From an uncultured Candidatus Saccharibacteria bacterium (lineage in GTDB: Bacteria > Patescibacteriota > Saccharimonadia > Saccharimonadales > SZUA-47), in NCBI GenBank assembly GCA_964419675.1, contig CAYQPN010000001.1, positions 100,480 through 164,479 on the forward strand: a DNA stretch of 64,000 nucleotides. The letters run 5' to 3'. The notes beneath the pieces were generated by a model. That model was not told the origin of the DNA, ran no database searches, and saw nothing but the letters and a program-made list of their open reading frames with translations. The position numbers were made by a program, and so were the translations under genes. This document shows positions 1 through 7,100 of the stretch, piece after piece (positions within the stretch are counted from its first letter, which is position 1; each line of letters opens with the position of its first letter).

Positions 1-2
1 AT

Positions 3-134
3 ATAAAAAAAGGTCAAGTGTATATGCACGGTGATAACGCCGAAAGCTCTACAGACAGTAGAACCTTAGGGCCGATTCCAGACACAAAAGTCGAGGGAAT
101 TGTTATTTGGCCCAATACCCAGCTCAAGAGATAG
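3..134 (+). CDS. Signal peptidase I, C-terminal fragment (5' end outside window)
   Basis: The in-frame translation is ...IKKGQVYMHGDNAESSTDSRTLGPIPDTKVEGIVIWPNTQLKR*. It carries the SPase I C-terminal motifs (GDN..S.DSR, GP(I/V)P). The stop TAG is at 132-134. Confidence 0.55.
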   Translation: MKKGQVYMHGDNAESSTDSRTLGPIPDTKVEGIVIWPNTQLKR

Positions 135-151
135 TATTTAGTTGCTTCCCC

Positions 152-185
152 ACATATTATACGCTATAGCGTATAATATGTGTAT
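152..185. repeat. Perfect 34-bp palindrome acacatattatacgcta|tagcgtataatatgtgt, copy 1; 37 nt are identical to 48545..48581
   Basis: Read directly from the sequence. It has 17-nt perfectly complementary arms and contains TATAAT on both strands. It lies between the convergent 3' ends of the SPase fragment and the 199..1158 gene. Confidence 0.8.
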
Positions 186-198
186 GTATGGTAATGAA

Positions 199-1158
199 TT
201 ATAGTTGTTTGTGTTTTTTTAGGTGGAAATACGCAATTGTGCCAGGGATTAGTGGTTGCCAGTAGGTAATGGCGCGAAACAGTATTGCCACGCTGGTGGC
301 CTCTGGAGCCCCATAGCCGAGCAAGAACAGCATTCCAGCAGTACCGGCCTCTACACCGCCCAAACCACCTGGGGTTGGCAATATGCCTCCCACTAACACT
401 CCACTGCTCAAGGCGATTAGTGCGTCTACGTAGCTTATCGATATCCCTATAGAGTGTGCACTAAGTAGTAAAATTGCAATATTAACGTTTAAAATAACCG
501 TTGCCACAAGCAACAAACCGACGAACCTGTACGGTTGGGAGGCCAGCAGTTTTATTTGTTGTTTCCACTGTTTGCTAAATTTTAGTAATTTGCCATTAAT
601 CTGGCGCACTTTAAGTAAATAGTTAATGAGTATGCCAATTAATATGATAGTCGCAAGTATTACAACTACTGCGTACCCAGAGACACTGTCGCCGAGAATT
701 GTTCTAGCACTAGAACTCAAGAAGAATAATGCAATTAAAAATAATACGTTTAAGAATATACCAATGATATTGTTTGTGGCGCTTACAATAATTGCTTGCT
801 GAGCTGATACACCAATTTTTATTAAGTGAAGTGCGGTGACTCCTAACCTTCCTAACCCACCAGGCACGATTCTGCCGGGCCCACTACCTGCAAGTTGAGC
901 TAGCGTCATGGGGATTGTCTTTACTTTGCGCTTCATAAGAAGTTTATAACTGAGAGAAGTTATGGGCAGAAGTAGCCAGTATAGTACAAGTGCACTTGAT
1001 AATATTGCCAGGTTGCTACCCGCTATGGTTGAAATTGACTCTTGAATGTTCTTCCACTGGCTAGCGCTAAATAAAACTAGTATAAGTAAACCTGCTAATT
1101 CAAGAATGGCCCGTTTTTTAACGCGCGGAAATTGTAATTTTTCGGTTATAGATAGCAT
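199..1158 (-). CDS. Integral membrane protein, UPF0104 / lysylphosphatidylglycerol-synthase-like flippase-type domain
   Basis: 319 aa and polytopic. It has the Gly-rich C-terminal segment GGLGGVEAGTAGMLFLLGYG typical of this family. Confidence 0.45.
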   Translation of the reverse strand: MLSITEKLQFPRVKKRAILELAGLLILVLFSASQWKNIQESISTIAGSNLAILSSALVLYWLLLPITSLSYKLLMKRKVKTIPMTLAQLAGSGPGRIVPGGLGRLGVTALHLIKIGVSAQQAIIVSATNNIIGIFLNVLFLIALFFLSSSARTILGDSVSGYAVVVILATIILIGILINYLLKVRQINGKLLKFSKQWKQQIKLLASQPYRFVGLLLVATVILNVNIAILLLSAHSIGISISYVDALIALSSGVLVGGILPTPGGLGGVEAGTAGMLFLLGYGAPEATSVAILFRAITYWQPLIPGTIAYFHLKKHKQL

Positions 1159-1245
1159 TTTTGTTGTTTAAATTAACAACTCAATTGTACCACCTAAAGT
1201 GAAATGTATATTTAATAGCACTTCAGTAAGTTTTTACTGGCTTTA

Positions 1246-1494
1246 CTAAAGGCCTAAAGCCATGTCGATTTTTTGACGGTCAAAGCCTAGTATTTTTTCT
1301 TCAGAACCATCGTCTTTAGTGATGACAGTGAAGGGAACTCCTAGCTGGCCACTTTTTTCATATAATTCTCGTGCCAAACTCTGGTCTTCATCAGCCATTT
1401 TTACATCATATTTTATACCCTTGTCATTTAAGTAGCTCTTGAGCATTTTGCAGAAACCGCATGTTGCCGTGCTGTAGATTGTTATGTTTTTCAT
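1246..1494 (-). CDS. Glutaredoxin-like (NrdH-type) small redoxin
   Basis: 82 aa with a CGFC active-site motif near the N-terminus and a thioredoxin fold pattern (…GVPFTVI…). It is a paralog of 45920..46165. Confidence 0.7.
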   Translation of the reverse strand: MKNITIYSTATCGFCKMLKSYLNDKGIKYDVKMADEDQSLARELYEKSGQLGVPFTVITKDDGSEEKILGFDRQKIDMALGL

Positions 1495-1504
1495 GTATTT
1501 ACTC

Positions 1505-1801
1505 CTATTTACTTAATTTTATTAATTCATCAACTAATTTGTCATCTTGTTTTAGAGCGTAACAGATTTTTTGACCTGTTCTTTCTTTCTCTACTAACCC
1601 TATCATTTCAAAGTTCCTGAAATGTTGAGATACAGCGGAAACAGATATATCTAGTTGATTAGCTATCTCACTAACGCAAAGCTCTTTGTCGGATGCAAGT
1701 AGTTTAAACATTTTAAAGCGTGTTTTATCACCAAGAATTTGCATAGCGTGAATTAGACGCTCTTCATTTCGGGATAGTTGTTGCATTGCATTTAAGTTCA
1801 T
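1505..1801 (-). CDS. ArsR/SmtB-family HTH transcriptional regulator
   Basis: 98 aa with the HTH ELCVSEIANQLDISVSAVSQHF…L and a wing (ERTGQKICYAL). Confidence 0.75.
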   Translation of the reverse strand: MNLNAMQQLSRNEERLIHAMQILGDKTRFKMFKLLASDKELCVSEIANQLDISVSAVSQHFRNFEMIGLVEKERTGQKICYALKQDDKLVDELIKLSK

Positions 1802-1868
1802 GTTAGTATTTTAGCAAACACTTAAACAAATGTCAAGTGGTGAGATGTGTAAGTTAAATTAACCGGAG

Positions 1869-2438
1869 ATGAAAAAAATGAAAGACGGAGCAATACATAT
1901 TGCAGTAATAGCAGGAACGACTAGAGTCCAAAGAAAGTCATTTGTAGCAGCACAGTTTGTTGCAAAAGTTGGGGAATCTATTCCTGGAGTCGAGATAAAA
2001 CTTGTAGACCCTGTGGATTATAAGTTTGAGGGCGACGGTAATGATCCGGAAGGCAAGAATTCTAAATATACTGAAATTACAGAAAAAGCGGATGCCTTTT
2101 TTATTGTTACGCCAGAGTACAACCACAGTTTTCCGGGTAGTTTGAAGCGAATGCTGGATAGCGAGTCAAAAAACTACATTCATAAGCCAGTAGCACTGGC
2201 CGGTGCAAGCTCTGGTTCTTGGGGCGGTGTTAGGGTAGTTGAGTCTTTGGTGCCCGTTGTAAGAGAACTTGGGCTGGCTGTAACATTTACAAGCGTTTAC
2301 TTTCCTAAAATTCAAGATTTGTTTGACGAGCAAGGCGAGCCGACAGATGAACACACTCTAATAGGCGTACAAAAAGCTTATGATGAACTTATTTGGATGG
2401 CCAAAACTCTAAAGTACGGTCGAGAAAATATTAAATAG
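1869..2438 (+). CDS. NADPH-dependent FMN reductase family oxidoreductase
   Basis: 189 aa with a flavodoxin-like pattern: IAVIAGTTR…FFIVTPEYNHSFPGSLK…LAGASSG. Confidence 0.65.
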   Translation: MKKMKDGAIHIAVIAGTTRVQRKSFVAAQFVAKVGESIPGVEIKLVDPVDYKFEGDGNDPEGKNSKYTEITEKADAFFIVTPEYNHSFPGSLKRMLDSESKNYIHKPVALAGASSGSWGGVRVVESLVPVVRELGLAVTFTSVYFPKIQDLFDEQGEPTDEHTLIGVQKAYDELIWMAKTLKYGRENIK

Positions 2439-2447
2439 ATACTAGAA

Positions 2448-3254
2448 TCACAGATATATAAAGGGAAGCGAACCGTCAGTTCTGATTCGGTCTCCTCCAT
2501 TGTTTCTGTCATGGTAAGAGTCGGTAAAGTGTGAAACAGTTTCAACTTGTTTTAAATGCCCACTTTTTTTTAGAGTTTTAATTACGTAATCGCGTTCGTT
2601 GTCTACGTCTTCATGAATAAAGTGGTCTAATTGTCCTGTCGCTAGCTTAATTCCCACATGAGTGTCGTGTGTTGCTGCAACTAGCCATTCAGCTTTATAG
2701 CCGCCAGGCAGAAACCAGTTCTTCGGTGTCTTCCAGACTCTGATGTGGTGTCTTTGGTTGGGTGATCCATTAATTTCTTGTTCGTATGCAAAATCATGTC
2801 GTCTATTAAACAAAAACATGTCGCCGACAGGGGCGCTTGGGTAACTTCTTCTGAAAATGGTGCAGAAGGCTGCTTTTAAAAAAGTTAAAGGAGAGAGTTT
2901 GTCTGCAAGTTGCCAGCCTGATTTTTGAAAAGCTTCGTGAATATCCTTTTCTCTACCAAAAAGCGCTAAATTAATCGGGTCACTTAAAAAACCGCTTGGG
3001 CTACGTATTCTGCCCACAAAGTAATTCGGGAGGTAGTATTTGCTCAGTATGCGGTGTATTCGTGGGATAACGATATAGGCCGTAAGTATCCATAGTAGAA
3101 ATGCAGGCAAAATTTGGTATGAACCGTCAAGAGTCTGCTCTAGTAGTAATTTATAAATTACATAAAAACCAAACAGTATTCCAAAAAAAATACTAAGCCT
3201 TAAGGCGTAACCGATAGCAGTCGCAGACACATTATAGATTTTTCGAAACGGCAT
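2448..3254 (-). CDS. Hypothetical membrane protein (N-terminal TM helices; possible LssY-C-like domain)
   Basis: 268 aa ORF with a hydrophobic N-terminus. No firm family assignment. Confidence 0.35.
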   Translation of the reverse strand: MPFRKIYNVSATAIGYALRLSIFFGILFGFYVIYKLLLEQTLDGSYQILPAFLLWILTAYIVIPRIHRILSKYYLPNYFVGRIRSPSGFLSDPINLALFGREKDIHEAFQKSGWQLADKLSPLTFLKAAFCTIFRRSYPSAPVGDMFLFNRRHDFAYEQEINGSPNQRHHIRVWKTPKNWFLPGGYKAEWLVAATHDTHVGIKLATGQLDHFIHEDVDNERDYVIKTLKKSGHLKQVETVSHFTDSYHDRNNGGDRIRTDGSLPFIYL

Positions 3255-3432
3255 AGAGGACCATAAAACTTTCTAAGTTCATTATATTCTATTTTTAATT
3301 AAAATGTTGCTTAATAATGTATAACATGGATGAGTATACTAGCAAATCAAGGTGTAATAAGCTATAATTCCCGAAGCTCACGGTTTATTATTTCGTACTT
3401 AGTATTTGAAGTTTATGAGCAAAGCGAAGTAG

Positions 3433-3507
3433 TGGGATGTCGCCAAGTGGTAAGGCACTGGTTTCTGGAACCAGCATTCGTAGGTTCGAATCCTACCATC
3501 CCAGCCA
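3433..3507 (+). tRNA. tRNA-Gln (anticodon CUG)
   Basis: It folds as a cloverleaf: acceptor TGGGATG/CATCCCA, D-arm GCCAAGTGGTAAGGC, anticodon stem CTGGT/ACCAG with loop TTCTGGA, T-arm GTAGGTTCGAATCCTAC, and discriminator G plus an encoded CCA. It closely resembles bacterial tRNA-Gln. Confidence 0.85.
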
Positions 3508-3512
3508 ACTAA

Positions 3513-3546
3513 AACCACCCCCGAAAATGGGGTGTTTTTAGTTGTT
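3513..3546. terminator. Rho-independent terminator hairpin after tRNA-Gln (possibly bidirectional)
   Basis: The sequence is aaaaCCACCCCcgaaaatGGGGTGttttt: a 6-7 bp GC stem, a 7-nt loop, a downstream T-run and an upstream A-run. Confidence 0.5.
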
Positions 3547-3654
3547 TGTGTCTGTAGGATTTGAACCGATAGGCGAAATATGTCAGTGACATATTGAGTT
3601 TTCCCTGCTTGGCTGAACGAGATGCGGTCCCGCTCTCGAGTGAGCAAATTTGGG

Positions 3655-3676
3655 CGAATCCTACCATCCCAGCCAA
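3655..3676 (+). repeat. 22-nt direct repeat identical to the tRNA-Gln 3' end (cgaatcctaccatcccagccaa = 3487..3508); attR-like
   Basis: Exact match seen in the sequence. It is preceded by a ~105-nt arm-like element (3548..3654) that is homologous to 11950..12052 and 16131..16225. Confidence 0.75.
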
Positions 3677-4114
3677 TTTTGAAATTTTTTGCAAAAGGTC
3701 GTTATTATTAACGTCTTTAATCTTTCACCGATGTTCCTAGTCTCCAAGACCCTGATTATAATGTATGTGTTTTGAATGACCGATTTGGATAAGTTTATTA
3801 ATGTGCTAAAGCTTGTTATAATTATATTTAAATATATGGGGTACAAAAGGCGAGAACTTTTTGACGTAATTCGAGGGTTGAGCCGGGGCGTTAATAAGCT
3901 CGTAACCAACTCCGCTATTGTAGTTCGAAATATTATCATAGTTACCAAAATCTACTTGATACCAATCATAGTAGTCGTACTTGTATGGTTACGCACCACT
4001 ACTGTTTATATTGATGAACACTACTGGAGTCCACAACGTAAAAGATTGATTTTGAAATTTAAACCCTTGCAGAGATGGGATGCATGGGCATACCGACCAC
4101 AGGCAAGAAAATCC

Positions 4115-7100
4115 ATGGAGTTAATGCTAGCAGTCCTATTTATCAGCTCGATATTTCAGGCAGCGCTCCAGGCAGCTCCCGATCTTAATGATGACTGGGA
4201 TTTGGCTAATGCGGTTGACTATACCTATGATTCAGGAATAGAGATGGTGTCTGGTGTTGCACGGCTTAAGACTCAAAATTATGAAAACGACGCCGATACA
4301 AGGGCGCTATACCACTTTGATGAATCCGGAGGTATCAACGCTTCTGATAGTTCGTCAAACAGCAATAATGCAACAATTTCAGGGGGCAGTTTTGTAGCAG
4401 GGAGCTTGAATAATGCAGTTTCGCTTGACGGCATTGACGACACAGTAACTGCACCTAACAGTGCAAGCCTGCAACTCGGTCAACAGCACACCATTGAGGC
4501 TTGGACTAAGTTTAATAATAATTTCGATAGCACCTCTCACGACCGAAGAAATGCAGTTGTAGATAAGGGAGATTACCAGCTTTACTATGACAATGAAACT
4601 GGTAAGTTAACATATGAAATTGCTAACTCTACGTCATCAAATTGGACACAAACAGCGGGTAGTAACATTGGTGGTAGTTGGGGGACGAACGGCAAGCGAA
4701 GCGTGACGTCCAGTATAGTGATGGGCTCTGATGTTTATGCTGGATTAGGAAATCAGCTTGCTGATGCTGAAGTATGGATGTGGAACGGCAGTGACTGGGA
4801 ACTTGTCGGCGGTGACGGGGTTAACGGTTCTTGGGACGATCAAACATTTGAAGATGTATATTCAATGACAACAGATGGCACTAATCTATATGCCGGACTA
4901 GGAACAACCGCAGGTGATGCCGAAGTATGGCGATGGGATGGAGCCACTTGGACAAAAATTGGGGGCGATGCGGTTAGCAGTAGTTGGCAAGTTAGTACCT
5001 TTGAAACAGTCGGTTCTCTTAACTACTTTGGTTCGAATCTGTACGCTGGTTTGGGCAGTAGCGCGAGCGACGCTGAAGTATGGCGCTGGAACGGCACAAC
5101 TTGGACAAAAATAGGCGGTGACAGCTTGAACAGTGGTTGGGTTGCTGGATATGAGATTGTCTCGGCTCTGGCTGACGACGGCACTAATTTATACGCCGGC
5201 CTAGGAACAACCGCCAACGACGCCGAAGTATGGATGTGGAATGGAACCGCTTGGTCGCAAATTGGCGGTGACAGTTTGAACAGTGGTTGGGCTGCTGGGT
5301 TTGAGGCTGTAAGAGCGATGCGATACATTGCAGGAATTTTATATGCAGGTCTGGGTGATACGGCAGGAGATGCAGATTTATGGTCATGGAACGGGGCTAC
5401 ATGGTCGCAAATTGGCGGTGACGGCCTAAACGGAAGCTGGAATACAAACTATGAAGGCATATATGCAATCGGTACTGACGGAACCGACATTTATGCAGGG
5501 CTGGGTACGGGGAATGGCGACGGAGAAGTGTGGCGACGTAGTGGAGGAAGTTGGTCGCAAATTGGTGGCGATGGCCTAAACGGAAGCTGGACCACAAACT
5601 TTGGGGACACGGTATATACGCTTCCTAATAATGGCACTACTGTTTATGCCGGAATTTACGACACGGCGGGAGGTGGCTACTTATACTCTTGGAACGGCAC
5701 AACTTGGACCACTCTCGGTGGACAATACATAAATAATAGTTGGGGTTATTACGGGCAAGGTTCTGTGGAAGTACTTCAAGTGTCTGGGGAGTATCTATAC
5801 GCCGGCCTTGGTTCAGCAAGTGGGTCAGCACAGATATGGCGTCTAAGCGGGAGTACCTGGAGTTTAGTTGGTGGTCAAGGAATAAACAATAGCTGGCCAG
5901 CGAATACATATGAGCAAGTTTCTAGTATGAGTAGCCACGAGGGTAACTTGTATGTCGGGCTGGGTACTACAGCCAACGACAGTGAAGTATGGATGTGGAA
6001 CGGCACCACGTGGTCGCAAATTGGTGGTGACAGCTTAAATAGCGGTTGGACTACCAATTTTGAAGAGGTAAACTCACTCGCTAGCTTTAATGGTGATTTG
6101 TACGCGGGCTTAGGTAATAGCAATAACGATGCTGAAGTATGGCGGTGGAACGGCGCAACCTGGACAAAAATAGGTGGCGACAGCCTGAACAGTGGTTGGA
6201 CTACCAACTATGACAGAGTAAGTTCATTGGCGGTTTATAAAGGTAATTTAATTGCTGGTCTCGGAGCAGGAGCCGGAGAGGCTGAACTGTGGCAGTGGAA
6301 CGGCGCAGCTTGGTCAAAAATAGGTGGCGATAGCCTGAACAGTAGCTGGGATAGTACTTTTGAGCAGATAGAAGCACTGATTCAATTTAACAATAAGCTG
6401 TATATAGGTCTTGGAAACACTGCGGGTGACGGCGAAGTGTGGGAACTTGATGATACAACGTGGACCAAGATTGGAGGCGACGACTTAAATAATAGTTGGG
6501 CAGACGGTACTTATGAAAGGGTACGCACCCTAGCTACTTACAACGGTGATTTATTTGCAGGCCTTGGTAGCGGAACTGGCGAAGGAGAAGTCTGGAGATA
6601 CTCGGCCGGAAGTTGGACTAAAGTGGGTGGTAATAGCGTCAATACTTCTTGGGGTAACACCATGGAAGAGGTTGAATCTTTTAGTACTTACCAAGGTAAG
6701 CTTTACGCTGGGACTGGCAACACCGCCAATGCGGATGCAACCGTGTGGTCGCTTGGTGATAATGGTTACCTGCAATCAACAACCAGTAGTTTCAACACAG
6801 ACTGGCGTCACGTGGCTGCTTCGTACAACGGCAGTACGATGAGAATTTATATTAACGGCACACTCGAAAATTCACTGTCAAAAACGTTTAGTGTAGCAAC
6901 TAGTAATCGTGACTTACTCATTAGTACAGGATATGGTGGTCGTGAATACGGTAAACCACAGGCAAGATTTCAGGGACTTATTGATGAGGTGCGTCTAAGC
7001 AGTGTTAGCCGGTCGTCGTTTACTACCAGCCCATATGCGAGTTCACCGCAGTCCCTAAGGCCACAAGACAGTGTGAGAAAAAATGGCGTATGGCACTGGG

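Noticed and set aside
3330-3512. Track ORF (60 aa) spanning the tRNA-Gln gene, and the ORF 11867..12067 that also ends in …TIPAN
   Set aside because: Both simply read through the tRNA 3'-end sequence (atcccagccaaYtaa). The shared C-terminus is an artefact of the repeated nucleotide core, not a protein family.
3548-3654. Possible minus-strand tRNA, suggested by GGATTTGAACC (reverse complement of the T-loop-like GGTTCAAATCC); likewise at 16131..16225
   Set aside because: I tried folding the reverse complement. The T-stem pairs only 3 of 5, there is no acceptor stem complementary to the 5' end, and there is no CCA or discriminator context. The same segment is better explained as a repeated arm element adjacent to tRNA-end copies.
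3776-4114. Upstream 113 codons of the giant ORF as real N-terminus
   Set aside because: The translation is AT-rich and non-protein-like (IIIFKY…IIIVTKIYLIPII), and it overlaps another weak antisense ORF. A signal-peptide-like start at Met-4115 is far more plausible. It is kept only as an alternative start.
5023-6207. Cluster of minus-strand ORFs (66-110 aa) inside the giant-protein gene
   Set aside because: They are antisense shadows of the highly repetitive codon pattern, with repetitive low-complexity translations. They lack RBS signals and are fully contained in a strongly supported + strand CDS.
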